Origin: Candidatus Limnocylindrales bacterium
Lineage (GTDB): Bacteria; Chloroflexota; Limnocylindria; Limnocylindrales; CSP1-4
Assembly (NCBI GenBank): GCA_038245515.1
Contig: JBBRSJ010000017.1
Coordinates: 3,446-67,445 of the forward strand
DNA length: 64,000 nucleotides
Direction: 5' to 3'
Shown here: piece after piece, positions 9,817-19,374 of the stretch
Layout: each line of letters opens with the position of its first letter
Position numbering within the stretch: position 1 is the stretch's first letter
Notes under the pieces: model-generated
What the model was told of the DNA's origin: nothing
Databases searched by the model: none
Seen by the model: only the letters and a program-made list of their open reading frames with translations
Program-made: the position numbers and the translations under genes

Positions 9817-10035
9817 GTGGCCAAGCGTGATGCGATCGAAGTCGAGGGAACGGTCATCGAACCCCTTCCCAACACGATGTTCGCGGTCGAGCTGGAGAAT
9901 GGCCACCGGGTGCTTGCCCACATCAGCGGGAAGCTCCGGATGAACTTCATCCGGATCCTGCCAGGGGATCGCGTCCGGGTCGAGCTTTCGCCCTACGACC
10001 TGACCCGCGGTCGGATTACCTACCGCCTGAAGTAA
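9817..10035 (+). CDS. infA: Translation initiation factor IF-1
   Basis: 72-aa [56 protein letters not shown]. Confidence 0.97.
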   Translation: MAKRDAIEVEGTVIEPLPNTMFAVELENGHRVLAHISGKLRMNFIRILPGDRVRVELSPYDLTRGRITYRLK

Positions 10036-10081
10036 CCGCGGACCGGCGTGCCGGCCGCACCGAGAACGAGTCGAGGATCCG

Positions 10082-10195
10082 TTGAAAGTCAGAGCTTCCG
10101 TCAAGGCGCGCTGCGACAACTGCAAGGTCATCCGTCGCCACGGCACCGTGATGGTCATCTGCACCAACCCGAAGCACAAGCAGCGGCAGGGGTAA
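10082..10195 (+). CDS. rpmJ: 50S ribosomal protein bL36 (37 aa, zinc type)
   Basis: Hand translation from TTG 10082 gives [37 protein letters not shown] then TAA at 10193-10195. Too short for the ORF track. Confidence 0.93.
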   Translation: MKVRASVKARCDNCKVIRRHGTVMVICTNPKHKQRQG

Positions 10196-10197
10196 CG

Positions 10198-10569
10198 ATG
10201 GCACGCATTGCCGGCGTCGACATCCCGCGCGAGAAGCGCGTCGAGGTGTCGCTCACCTACATCTTCGGTATCGGCCTGCCGACTGCGCAGAAGATCCTGA
10301 CCCAGACGAACGTGAACCCGGACACCCGGGTCCGCGACCTCACCGAGGAACAGGTCAACCGGCTCCGCGAGCTGATCGACCGGCGGTACAAGGTCGAAGG
10401 CGACCTGCGCCGCGAGGTCGCGCTCAACATCAAGCGACTGATCGAGATCGGCTCGTACCGCGGGATGCGCCATCGACGCAACCTGCCGGCGCGTGGCCAG
10501 CGAACCAAGACGAACGCCCGTCAGCGGCGCGGACCGAAGAAGACGGTCGGCGTGCGGCGGAAGAAGTAG
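10198..10569 (+). CDS. rpsM: 30S ribosomal protein uS13
   Basis: ATG at 10198; [26 protein letters not shown]. The upstream part of ORF 10048..10569 overlaps rpmJ. Confidence 0.96.
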   Translation: MARIAGVDIPREKRVEVSLTYIFGIGLPTAQKILTQTNVNPDTRVRDLTEEQVNRLRELIDRRYKVEGDLRREVALNIKRLIEIGSYRGMRHRRNLPARGQRTKTNARQRRGPKKTVGVRRKK

Positions 10570-10589
10570 GCCGAGGTACCTGACAGAGC

Positions 10590-10985
10590 ATGGCCGATCG
10601 CAAGCGGGCGGTGAAGCAACGCCGCCGGGAACGCAAGAACGTCCCACAGGGGCACGTCCACATCCAGGCGACGTTCAACAACACGATCATCACGATCACG
10701 GACCTCACCGGGGCCGTGATCAGCTGGGGCTCGGCCGGCGTGGCCGGCTTCAAGGGCTCCCGCAAGAGCACACCCTACGCGGCCGCGCTCTCCGCCGAGG
10801 GCGCCGCGCGCCGCGCGATGGAGCACGGGATGCGCCAGGTCGAGGTCTATGTCAAGGGACCGGGCGCCGGTCGCGAGCAGGCGATCCGGTCGCTCCAGGC
10901 CGCCGGCCTCGAGGTCAGTGCGATCACCGACGTCACGCCCATCCCCCACAACGGCTGCCGCGCCCCGAAGCGGCGCCGGGTCTGA
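10590..10985 (+). CDS. rpsK: 30S ribosomal protein uS11
   Basis: 131-aa ORF with [15 protein letters not shown]...[13 protein letters not shown]. Confidence 0.96.
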   Translation: MADRKRAVKQRRRERKNVPQGHVHIQATFNNTIITITDLTGAVISWGSAGVAGFKGSRKSTPYAAALSAEGAARRAMEHGMRQVEVYVKGPGAGREQAIRSLQAAGLEVSAITDVTPIPHNGCRAPKRRRV

Positions 10986-11000
10986 TCGGGGAGGGAGACC

Positions 11001-11627
11001 ATGGCTCGTTACACCGGATCCGTCTGTCGGCTGTGCCGCCGCGAGGGCGCAAAGCTCTTCCTGAAGGGCAGCCGCTGCTATTCGAAGAAGTGCGCCTTCG
11101 AGCGCCGTCCGTCGCCCCCCGGCCAGCACGGCGTCCGTCGCCGCAAGGTCGGTGACTATGGCCTCCAGCTGCGCGAGAAGCAGAAGGTCCGCCGCGTCTA
11201 CGGCGTCCTCGAGCGCCAGTTCCGGAACTACTTCGACGCTGCCGAGAACCGTCCCGGCGTGACCGGCGAGAGCCTCCTCCGGACGCTCGAGCTGCGCCTC
11301 GACAACGTCGTGTACCGGATGGGCTTCGCCAGCTCGCGGGCCCAGGCCCGCCAGCTCGTCGGGCACGGCCACTTCTCGGTCAACGGCGTCCCGACCAACA
11401 TCCCGTCGTACCAGGTCAAGCCGGGCGACAAGATCGAAGTTCGCGAGGCCCGCAAGGCACGCGAGCCGTTCAAGCTGGCCAAGGAGACGCTCCGCTCGCA
11501 CCAGGCGCCGGAATGGCTGTCGCTCGACGCCGCAAAGCTGACGGGAACGGTCGCCGACCTGCCCCGCCGCGACCAGATGCCGCTCGACCTCAACGAGCAG
11601 CTCGTGGTCGAGTACTACTCGAGGTAA
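11001..11627 (+). CDS. rpsD: 30S ribosomal protein uS4
   Basis: 208-aa [34 protein letters not shown], plus an S4 domain. Confidence 0.96.
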   Translation: MARYTGSVCRLCRREGAKLFLKGSRCYSKKCAFERRPSPPGQHGVRRRKVGDYGLQLREKQKVRRVYGVLERQFRNYFDAAENRPGVTGESLLRTLELRLDNVVYRMGFASSRAQARQLVGHGHFSVNGVPTNIPSYQVKPGDKIEVREARKAREPFKLAKETLRSHQAPEWLSLDAAKLTGTVADLPRRDQMPLDLNEQLVVEYYSR

Positions 11628-11636
11628 GCCCCCCAC

Positions 11637-12632
11637 ATGATCGAACTCGAGAACCCGCAGATCGAGCCCGTCGAGGAAGCCGGGACGTATGCCAAGTACG
11701 AGGCCGGGCCGCTGCAGGCCGGTTACGGCGTGACCCTCGGCAACGCCCTCCGCCGAGTGCTGCTGTCGTCGCTCGACGGAGCGGCGGTCACCAGCATCCA
11801 GATCCGTGACGTATACCAGGAGTTCTCGACGATCCCGGGCGTCAAGGAAGACGTCACCCAGATCGTCCTGAACGTCAAGAAGCTCCGCCTGAAGAGCTTC
11901 GCGACGCACCCGGTCCAGCTCCGGCTGATCAAGAGCGGCGCGGGCCAGGTCACTGCCGCCGACATCGCCGAGTCGGCCGATGTCGAGATCATCAACCCCG
12001 AGCTCGTCCTGATGACCCTCGACACGGATGACGTGACGATCGAGATGGACCTGACTGTCGAGCGCGGCGTCGGCTACCTCGGCGCCGAGCGGAGCGAGCA
12101 GCTCCCGATCGGCGTGATCGCCATCGACGCGATCTTCACCCCGGTCCGCAAGGTCAACTACTGGGTCGAGGGCATGCGGGTCGGCCAGAACACGAACTAC
12201 GACAAGCTCACGATCGAGATCGAGACCGACGGCGCAATCACGCCGGAGGAGGCTCTCAGCCGCTCGGCCGAGATTCTTGTCAACCAGTTCCGCCCGTTCG
12301 TCACGATCGGCATGGCAGCCGTCGTCGGCGAGCAGGTCGCGACCGGGATGGCCCAACTGCCCCCGAACATGCTCGATATGCCGATCGAGGAGCTGGACCT
12401 GCCGATGCGGGCCTATAACTCGCTCAAGCGCAACAACATCGTCAAGGTCGGCCAGCTCCTCCAGCTCAAGGACGACGACCTCCTCCGGATGCGGAACTTC
12501 GGCAAGAAGTCCCTCGACGAGATGAAGGAGCGCCTCCGGATGCGCGGCTTCATCATCCCGGAGACCGAGTCCGACGGGCTCGATGAGGCCGCGTTCGAAG
12601 ACGCCGGCGAAGAGGACGAGGGCGAGGCCTGA
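11637..12632 (+). CDS. rpoA: DNA-directed RNA polymerase subunit alpha
   Basis: 331-aa ORF with the NALRRVLLSS motif, a C-terminal domain (RAYNSLKRNNI) and an acidic tail. Confidence 0.96.
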   Translation: MIELENPQIEPVEEAGTYAKYEAGPLQAGYGVTLGNALRRVLLSSLDGAAVTSIQIRDVYQEFSTIPGVKEDVTQIVLNVKKLRLKSFATHPVQLRLIKSGAGQVTAADIAESADVEIINPELVLMTLDTDDVTIEMDLTVERGVGYLGAERSEQLPIGVIAIDAIFTPVRKVNYWVEGMRVGQNTNYDKLTIEIETDGAITPEEALSRSAEILVNQFRPFVTIGMAAVVGEQVATGMAQLPPNMLDMPIEELDLPMRAYNSLKRNNIVKVGQLLQLKDDDLLRMRNFGKKSLDEMKERLRMRGFIIPETESDGLDEAAFEDAGEEDEGEA

Positions 12633-12633
12633 G

Positions 12634-12987
12634 ATGGCCCACTGCATCGGCGGTCGGAAGCTCAGCCGCAAGCAGGGCCCGCGGCTGGCTCTCTTCAAGA
12701 ACCTGACCGTCTCGATCCTCCGCTATGAGCGGGTCCAGACGACCGAGGCGAAGGCCAAGGAGATCCAGGGCCGGGTCGAGAAGATGATCACGCTTGCGAA
12801 GCGAAACGACCTCACGGCCCGCCGGGCCGTGGTGGCCGCCTTCCCGAACGAGCCCCTCGTCGTCACCAAGCTGTTCGACGAGATTGCACCGAAGTACGCC
12901 GACCGGACGTCCGGGTACACCCGGATCGTGAAGATCGGGCTTCGTCGCGGCGACGCGGCTCCGATCGTCCAGATCGAGCTCGTCTGA
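12634..12987 (+). CDS. rplQ: 50S ribosomal protein bL17
   Basis: ATG at 12634, 2 nt after the rpoA stop. GGRKLSRKQGPRLALFKNL...YTRIVKIGLRRGDAAP. Confidence 0.94.
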   Translation: MAHCIGGRKLSRKQGPRLALFKNLTVSILRYERVQTTEAKAKEIQGRVEKMITLAKRNDLTARRAVVAAFPNEPLVVTKLFDEIAPKYADRTSGYTRIVKIGLRRGDAAPIVQIELV

Positions 12988-13014
12988 CGAATCACCCACC
13001 AGGCGCCCGAGAGG

Positions 13015-13808
13015 GTGCCCCCGAGCGTCCGGCCGGTCGACGGTTCCGGGCCAGGGTTGAATACGACGGCACGGACTTCGCCGGCTTCCAGGCTCAACAG
13101 CCCGGGCTCCGGACGGTCCAGGGGGAACTCGAATCCGCACTTGCCCGCCTCAGCGATGGGGCCCGCCAGGCGGTCGACGGGGCCGGCCGCACGGACGCCG
13201 GAGTGCACGCGTCGGGTCAGGTGATCGCATTCACCTTCACCGGACGAGTCGCCACTCCGAGGCTCGAGGCGGCGATCAACGGCCAGCTTCCGCCGGACAT
13301 CGCGATCCGCGAGGTCCGGTCGGTGGCACCGGGGTTCCATCCACGCCGTGCGGCGCGGTATCGGGAATACCGCTACACCGTCTGGAACGGGCCGCGCAGT
13401 CCGCTTCGCGAGCGTCATGCGCTCGGGGTGCGGGACCCGCTCGACACCGAGGCGATGGCGAATGCCGGGCAGGCCTTCATCGGCCCGCACGACTTCTCCG
13501 CCTTCGGATCGGTGGTCGAGGGTCGCTCGGCGGTCCGGACCGTGTACGCAGTCCGGATCGGGAGACAGGGCTCGCTTGTGACGATCGACGTCCGGGCGAA
13601 CTCTTTCCTCCGGAGCATGGTCCGCCGGATGGTGGCCGTCCTCCTCGAGGTGGGCCACGGAAGAATGACCGAGACAGAGGTCCAGGCGGCGCTCGCCGCC
13701 GGGACGCCGGCTCGCAACGGGGCAACCGCCCCGGCTCGCGGGCTCTGCCTCCGCCGCGTCGTCCTTGGACGGCAAACGGAGACGGATACGACAGACGGAG
13801 ACGACTGA
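13015..13808 (+). CDS. truA: tRNA pseudouridine(38-40) synthase TruA; reading frame lacks a canonical start and apparently needs a 1-nt correction in a C5 run at 13018-13022
   Basis: The frame containing RFRARVEYDGTDFAGFQAQ...GRTDAGVHASGQV (catalytic Asp) is open from before 12984. It has no in-frame ATG/GTG/TTG until 13203. GTG 13015 is one frame off. The length 13015-13808 is 794 nt, which is not a multiple of 3. Confidence 0.75.
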
Positions 13809-13814
13809 GGAACG

Positions 13815-14246
13815 ATGAGCACGAAGACCTACACGGTCCGCGCAAGCGAGATCGAGCGGCGCTGGTACGTCGTTGACGCGGCGGACGAGACGCTCGGCCG
13901 CCTCGCGTCGCGCATCGCGCGCGTGCTCGAGGGCAAGCACAAGCCGACGTACACGCCGAACCTCGATTCGGGCGACCACGTCATCGTCCTCAACGCGAAG
14001 AAGATCACGGTCACGAGCAACAAGCTCGAGTCGAAGCTCTACATTCGCCACAGCGGCCATCCCCAGGGCTACAAGGAGGAGACGCTCGGTCACCTCCTCG
14101 AGCGGCGTCCTGAGGAAGTCATCCGGCGGGCCGTCAAGGGCATGCTGCCGCGCAACCGCCTCGGCGTGCAGCAGCTCCGCAAGCTCAAGGTCTACGCCGG
14201 CACCGACCATCCGCATCAGGCCCAGCGGCCTGAGCCGCTCACCTGA
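13815..14246 (+). CDS. rplM: 50S ribosomal protein uL13
   Basis: 143-aa ORF with RRWYVVDA...[18 protein letters not shown]. Confidence 0.96.
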   Translation: MSTKTYTVRASEIERRWYVVDAADETLGRLASRIARVLEGKHKPTYTPNLDSGDHVIVLNAKKITVTSNKLESKLYIRHSGHPQGYKEETLGHLLERRPEEVIRRAVKGMLPRNRLGVQQLRKLKVYAGTDHPHQAQRPEPLT

Positions 14247-14260
14247 CGAGGAGCCACCTC

Positions 14261-14662
14261 ATGCCTGCAGCCCCTGCTTTCTTCTCCGGGACCGGTCGCC
14301 GCAAGACTGCGGTCGCCAGGGTCCGCCTCCTGCCCGGTGAGGGCGAGATCGTCGTCAACGGTCGATCCCTCGAGGAGCACTTCGGCAACGCCGTCAACGA
14401 GGCGGATCTCCGGATGCCGTTCCGGGTCACCGGGACCGAGGGCCACTACAACGCCATGATCAAGGTCGAAGGCGGCGGCGTCACCGGCCAGGCCGGTGCG
14501 ATCCGTCACGGCATCGCCCGAGCGCTGCTCGAGGTCGACGCCGACACGAACCGGCTGCCGCTGCGCCAGGCTGGCCTCCTGACCCGCGACCCGCGGATGA
14601 AGGAGCGCAAGAAGTACGGCCTGAAGCGCGCCCGGAAAGCACCTCAGTACACCAAGCGCTAA
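14261..14662 (+). CDS. rpsI: 30S ribosomal protein uS9
   Basis: 133-aa ORF with [12 protein letters not shown]...[27 protein letters not shown]. Confidence 0.96.
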   Translation: MPAAPAFFSGTGRRKTAVARVRLLPGEGEIVVNGRSLEEHFGNAVNEADLRMPFRVTGTEGHYNAMIKVEGGGVTGQAGAIRHGIARALLEVDADTNRLPLRQAGLLTRDPRMKERKKYGLKRARKAPQYTKR

Positions 14663-14802
14663 CGCCCGGCGAGCACGCCAAGTGCTCACCATCGCACTCG
14701 GTCTGGGCTACGCAACGCAGACAGGCGAGGAGCGCCCTCGCAGTCCTCGGCTGGGCGCCGCGGCATGCGTTCCGCGTCCGTGATCGCCGCCGTCATGGCT
14801 CC

Positions 14803-14880
14803 GTGACGAATGAGCGCGGCCATCACCCCAGATCGGCCATTTCGCGGACGAACTCGCGGGCGGCGACGCTCATTCGTCAC
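14803..14880 (+). terminator. Candidate terminator/regulatory stem: 14-bp perfect inverted repeat with a 50-nt loop, downstream of rpsI
   Basis: GTGACGAATGAGCG (14803-14816) pairs with CGCTCATTCGTCAC (14867-14880). It is followed by the partly T-rich CGATTGATTGT. Confidence 0.35.
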
Positions 14881-14948
14881 CGATTGATTGTCCCGGCGAT
14901 CAGGCGGGCCGATGAGCACGAATTGGCGAACGTTGGGCCTTGTGCCGC

Positions 14949-14954
14949 TAGCAT
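14949..14954 (+). promoter_or_regulatory. -10-like TAGCAT, 6 nt upstream of the argF GTG (leaderless-type arrangement)
   Basis: The sequence reads TAGCAT-GACCAC-GTG. It fits the TANNNT -10 consensus known for high-GC leaderless promoters. Confidence 0.5.
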
Positions 14955-14960
14955 GACCAC

Positions 14961-15926
14961 GTGAGCACCTCCGTCGCCGCCACGAGCCTGCGCGGGCGCG
15001 ACCTGCTGTCGGTCGCCGACCTGTTGGCGGGCGAGGTCGAGCGGCTGTTCGATCGGGCGGCGCGGCTCAAGGCAGAGGATCACGCCCGGCGCACGAGCGG
15101 GGCCGCCAACACCACGCCGCTGGCCGGGCGCACGCTCGCGATGCTCTTCCAGAAGCCGAGCCTCCGGACACGGGTCACGTTCGAGGCCGGGATGAACCAG
15201 CTCGGCGGCCATGCGATCTACCTGACCGAGGACGTCGTCATGGGCGCCCGCGAGAGCCTTCGCGACGTGGCTCGCAACCTCGAGCGGTTTGTCGACGCGA
15301 TCGTTGCCCGGACCGGGCCCCACGAGGTCGTGGTTGAGCTCGCCGCCCAGGCGTCGGTCCCGGTCATCAACGGCCTCACCCTGCGCGAGCATCCGTGCCA
15401 GGCGCTCGCCGATATCTTCACGCTGCGCGAACGGTTCGGCGACCTCCACGGGCGAGTCCTCGCCTTCGTCGGCGACGGCAACAACGTCTACCACTCATTG
15501 GCGCTCCTTGGGGCCATGCTCGGGATGGAGGTTCGCCTCGCCCATCCAGCCGAATACGGTCCGAACCCGAAGGTCGTCGAGCGAGCCGAGGAGCTGGCGC
15601 TTGCCGCGGGCGGTCGCCTCGTCTTCGGCCGCGACCCGGCCAAGGTCGTCCGCGGTGCCGACGTGATCTACACCGACGCCTGGACGTCGATGGGCCTGGA
15701 GGTCGAGACCGAGGCACGCCGCGACGCCTTCGTCGACTACCGAGTTGACGACGCGCTCCTCGACGCGGCCGGCCCCGACGCCGTCGCGATGCACTGCCTG
15801 CCGGCCCATCGCGGCGAGGAGATCACCTCGGCCGTGATGGACGGTTCGCGGAGCATCATCTGGGACCAGTCGGAGAACCGCCTGCACGTCCAGAAGGCAT
15901 TGCTCGTTGAGGTCCTCGCGGGATGA
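14961..15926 (+). CDS. argF: Ornithine carbamoyltransferase
   Basis: 321-aa ORF with the SLRTR, HPCQ and HCLPAHRGEE motifs. Confidence 0.93.
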   Translation: MSTSVAATSLRGRDLLSVADLLAGEVERLFDRAARLKAEDHARRTSGAANTTPLAGRTLAMLFQKPSLRTRVTFEAGMNQLGGHAIYLTEDVVMGARESLRDVARNLERFVDAIVARTGPHEVVVELAAQASVPVINGLTLREHPCQALADIFTLRERFGDLHGRVLAFVGDGNNVYHSLALLGAMLGMEVRLAHPAEYGPNPKVVERAEELALAAGGRLVFGRDPAKVVRGADVIYTDAWTSMGLEVETEARRDAFVDYRVDDALLDAAGPDAVAMHCLPAHRGEEITSAVMDGSRSIIWDQSENRLHVQKALLVEVLAG

Positions 15927-17056
15927 GCGGGAGCGGATCCGGCCCCGGCAAGCGCGCGCCGCGGCCCGGAGGAGCGACGGCCAACGGCTCGCTGTACGAG
16001 CGCTACAAGGACGCCCTGCGGCGCGGTCACGTCGCGTCCCTTCGCGGCCGGAACGACGCCGCGGTCGACGCATACGGCGAGGCCGCCACGATCGCACCCG
16101 ACCGGGCCCTGCCGCACACGAGCATCGGCGGCGTCCTGGTCAAGATGGGCCGACTCGACGACGCGATCGCGGCCCTCGACCGAGCGCTCGAGCTCGCCCC
16201 GCGCGACGAAAGCGCGCTGCGCGGCCTGTCCGAGGTCCACGTCAAGGCCGGTCGCCGGGCGGACGCCGCCGCCGCGCTCGATCGCCTCGCGGACAGCCTG
16301 GACGCGGCCGGCCGCCTGGCCGATGCGACCGATGCGGCGCGGCGCGCCCTCGAGCTCGCCGAGTCGCGGCCGCGCCGCAAGCAGGTCGAGGGCTTCGCCG
16401 CGCGCCTGCGCGCTTCGTCGCCGAACGACGAGGCGGCCCAGCTCGCGCTCGATCAGGCCCTCCGGGTCCTCGCGCCGAATGGCACGGCTCCGGCCAGGGG
16501 CGAAACAGCCGAGCCGGCGATCGCCGAGACCGCCAGCGAGGTCGAGCAGGGCGAGCTCGAGCCGACCTCGGAGCCGAGCGAGCGGACCGCGTCTCATGAG
16601 CAGGAGGCCGTCGAGGCCGGAGAGCGGGAGAAGCCGGAAGAGCAGGCGAAGCCGGAAGAGCCGGGGGAGCCGGATCCCGTCGAGCCCGCGGAGCCGATCG
16701 GGCTCGGGATCGCCCTCGGTGCGGCGGCGGAGGCCGCCCTCCACGCCGGAGACCTGGCCGCCGCTCACGAGGGGCTCCTGGCCGCGGCGCGCGCTCATCG
16801 CCGTGCCGGACGACTGTCGGCCGCGCTCGATTCCTGCGACCTCGCGATCGGGCTCGCCCCGTCGGACCCCGACGTCCACCTCCTGCTCGCGGAGCTGTAC
16901 CTCGATCGCGGCTGGTTCACCCTCGCAATCGACAAGCTGCTCCTGCTCGGCCGCCTCGCGGACCTCGACGGGGATGCGGAGGTCCACGATCGTCTGTGCG
17001 CCCTTGTCGAGGAGCGCCTTCCCGACGAGCCGCGGATGGCCGAGCTCTGCGCCTGA
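15923..17056 (+). CDS. TPR-repeat protein with a central Glu/Pro/Lys-rich linker; function unknown
   Basis: 377-aa ORF whose ATG overlaps the argF stop. Repeated A..Y..A..L.P TPR-like helices (AVDAYGEAATIAPD, AIAALDRALELAPRD, LAIGLAPSDPDVHLLLAELYLDRG). Confidence 0.7.
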   Translation: MSGSGSGPGKRAPRPGGATANGSLYERYKDALRRGHVASLRGRNDAAVDAYGEAATIAPDRALPHTSIGGVLVKMGRLDDAIAALDRALELAPRDESALRGLSEVHVKAGRRADAAAALDRLADSLDAAGRLADATDAARRALELAESRPRRKQVEGFAARLRASSPNDEAAQLALDQALRVLAPNGTAPARGETAEPAIAETASEVEQGELEPTSEPSERTASHEQEAVEAGEREKPEEQAKPEEPGEPDPVEPAEPIGLGIALGAAAEAALHAGDLAAAHEGLLAAARAHRRAGRLSAALDSCDLAIGLAPSDPDVHLLLAELYLDRGWFTLAIDKLLLLGRLADLDGDAEVHDRLCALVEERLPDEPRMAELCA

Positions 17057-17139
17057 CGACGCGTCGCCAGGCGGCCCGCGAGCCCGCAGTCGTCGATCGA
17101 ACGACCCGCTCGTCGCGGTCCCGGCCCCACCGCCCGATG

Positions 17140-17145
17140 TAGACT
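17140..17145 (+). promoter_or_regulatory. -10-like TAGACT, 9 nt upstream of the cdaA ATG
   Basis: The sequence reads TAGACT-GCAGGCACG-ATG. Confidence 0.4.
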
Positions 17146-17154
17146 GCAGGCACG

Positions 17155-18102
17155 ATGCCGCAGCTTCTCGCGTCGATCGTCGACCAGATCGGCCTGACCT
17201 CGCTGGTCGACATCGGGATCACGGCGCTCCTGATCTATTGGCTCTTCAGCCTGATCCGGGGGACTCGCGCCGTCAGCCTCGTCATCGGAGTCAGCGTCCT
17301 CTTTGCGGTCTACGCCGCGGCGCGTGCCTTCGATCTGCGCCTCCTCACCCAGATCCTCCAGACCCTCGCGGTCGTCGGCCTGTTCGCGCTCGTCGTCGTA
17401 TTCCAGCCGGAGCTGCGCCGGGCGCTCGAGCGGATCGGCCGCGTCGGTTCGTTCAACTGGCTGTTCTCACCGTCCGAGCAGCGGCTCGTGGAGCACGTCG
17501 CGGACGAGGTTGCCAAGGCGGCGACGCTGCTGTCCGGGGACGGCCATGGCGCTCTGATCGTCCTCGAGCGGGACACCGGCCTCGAAGAGGTCGCGGAGAC
17601 CGGAGTCATGCTCCACGCCGATCTCAGCGCCGACCTCCTCCGCACGATCTTTGCACCACGGACGCCGCTCCACGACGGCGCGGTGATCATCCGCGAGGAG
17701 ATGGTGCTGGCCGCGGGAGCGCTCCTGCCGTTGGCCGAGATGACCGTCCACACGGAGCGCTTCGGGACCCGCCACAGGGCGGCCCTCGGGATCACCGAGC
17801 AGACCGATGCCGTCGTCGTCGTCGTGTCCGAGGAGAACAGCCAGGTCAGCCTCGTCGAGCGGGCCCGGATCGTCCGCAACTTGAGCGAGGCCCAGCTCGC
17901 CAAGGCGATCATGGCGCTCCTCGCCCCGACCCCGGGTCGCGCCCGGTTCGGCCGCGGGGGCCCGGATCGGACTGCTGGAGGAGGGGCGCCCCGCCTGTCG
18001 GATCTCGGTCGCTTCGTGCCGGGCCGGAACGGCCGGCTCCGTCCCCGACCGCAGCCGCCTCGATCGGATGACGACCAGGCCGCCGCTCAGGCCCCGCGAT
18101 GA
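17155..18102 (+). CDS. cdaA: Diadenylate cyclase CdaA (c-di-AMP synthase), membrane-anchored
   Basis: N-terminal TM helices, then a DAC domain with the LHDGAVII and GTRHRAA motifs. Pro/Arg-rich C-terminal tail. Confidence 0.92.
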   Translation: MPQLLASIVDQIGLTSLVDIGITALLIYWLFSLIRGTRAVSLVIGVSVLFAVYAAARAFDLRLLTQILQTLAVVGLFALVVVFQPELRRALERIGRVGSFNWLFSPSEQRLVEHVADEVAKAATLLSGDGHGALIVLERDTGLEEVAETGVMLHADLSADLLRTIFAPRTPLHDGAVIIREEMVLAAGALLPLAEMTVHTERFGTRHRAALGITEQTDAVVVVVSEENSQVSLVERARIVRNLSEAQLAKAIMALLAPTPGRARFGRGGPDRTAGGGAPRLSDLGRFVPGRNGRLRPRPQPPRSDDDQAAAQAPR

Positions 18103-19373
18103 CCCGACTCGTCGGGTTGATCGTCTACAACTGGCCGCTCAAGCTGATGGCCGTTGCGCTTGCGACCCTGCTCTACGCCGGCCTCGTCGTCTCCCAGAAC
18201 GCCCAGTCGCACGACGTCAACGTCCCGATCCACGGCGTGAACCAGCAGGCTCAGACGAGACTCATCGGGTCGCTTGGCGAGGTGACCCAGATCAGCTACT
18301 TCGTCACCGACCAGTCGAGTGTCACGATCACGTCCGCGAACTTCACCGCGACTGTCGACCTCTCGCAGATCACTCCGAGCCAACAAGCCCAATCCGCCCG
18401 CGTCGTGGTCGAGTCGGCCGATCCCCGGATCCAGGTGCTGTCGGTGACCCCGGCGTTCGCCTCCGTCACGCTGGAGAAGGTCGACACGAAAGAGGTGCCC
18501 GTGGTCGTCATGCCCGGGCCGGTTCCGTCCGGGCTGGACATCCAGCCGCCGACGCAGTCGATCGACCGGGCAACGGTTCGCGGCGCCCAGTCGGACATCG
18601 CCCGGGTGACGACCGTCCGGGCCGACGTGCCGATCGACGCATCGGGCATCGGCATCGATCGGGACTTTCCGATGACGCCGGTCGACGACCTCGGTGAACC
18701 GGTCCGGGAGGTGGAGGTCACGCCGGCGACCGTCCGGGTCACGATGAAGGTGTTCCAGAACCGCCAGACCGCGACCGTCCCGATCATCGCTTCCATCGTG
18801 GGGAACCCGGCGCCCGGCTTCCAGGTTGCGCCAGGGCCGGTGACGCTGTCCTCGCCGACGGTGACGCTCCAGGGCGACGCCGTCGATCTCGCCACGGTCG
18901 TCAACGCCCCGACGCTGCCGGTCTCCGTCGAGGGCCGGACCTCCGATCTCGATGTCGACGTCGGCTTCGACCTGCCGACCGGCGTCAGCGCGGTCAAGCC
19001 CTCGACCGTCCACGTCCACGTCGCGATCCGGGCGGTGACCGCGAGCCGGGACTTCAGCGTCGGGATCGTCCTCGTGGGCGCCCGATCGGATCGGACCTGC
19101 GCGCTCTCCATCCAGCAGGCCACCGTGACGCTGGGTGGTTCGCCGGTCGATCTCGACCGGCTCACCGGCGCGACCCTGTCCCTGACGGCCAACGTCGCCG
19201 GTCTCGATGTCGGGGTCCACCAGGTGCCGCTGACAATCACCGTCCAGGGCCTGACCCTGATCGCGGTCAGCCCGCCGACGGTCACGGTCACGATCACGGC
19301 GGCGACACCCTCGGCGACGCCCTCGGCGCCGGCCTCAGCGCCGGCCAGTCCCGCGGCCTCAGGCGGCGGCTGA
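18099..19373 (+). CDS. cdaR: CdaA regulatory protein CdaR (YbbR-like repeats)
   Basis: 424-aa ORF whose ATG overlaps the cdaA stop. It has an N-terminal TM helix and repeated beta-rich YbbR-like modules. It sits between cdaA and glmM. Confidence 0.8.
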   Translation: MTRLVGLIVYNWPLKLMAVALATLLYAGLVVSQNAQSHDVNVPIHGVNQQAQTRLIGSLGEVTQISYFVTDQSSVTITSANFTATVDLSQITPSQQAQSARVVVESADPRIQVLSVTPAFASVTLEKVDTKEVPVVVMPGPVPSGLDIQPPTQSIDRATVRGAQSDIARVTTVRADVPIDASGIGIDRDFPMTPVDDLGEPVREVEVTPATVRVTMKVFQNRQTATVPIIASIVGNPAPGFQVAPGPVTLSSPTVTLQGDAVDLATVVNAPTLPVSVEGRTSDLDVDVGFDLPTGVSAVKPSTVHVHVAIRAVTASRDFSVGIVLVGARSDRTCALSIQQATVTLGGSPVDLDRLTGATLSLTANVAGLDVGVHQVPLTITVQGLTLIAVSPPTVTVTITAATPSATPSAPASAPASPAASGGG

Positions 19374-19374
19374 G

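Noticed and set aside
14915-14948. ARG-box-like sequence CACGAATTGGCGAACGTTG just upstream of the argF -10 box.
   Set aside because: It shows only loose resemblance to the AT-rich 18-bp ARG box consensus, and I cannot score it by eye. It is mentioned under the spacer finding as a possibility only.
14803-14964. 53-codon ORF (VTNERGHHPRSAISRTNSR...CAASMTT) whose TGA overlaps the argF GTG (GTGA), suggesting an upstream coupled ORF.
   Set aside because: By hand count, about a quarter of its codons end in A/T, noticeably more than in the neighbouring genes. The sequence has no recognisable motif. It starts inside the left arm of the 14-bp inverted repeat. The TAGCAT-N6-GTG arrangement explains argF expression more simply.
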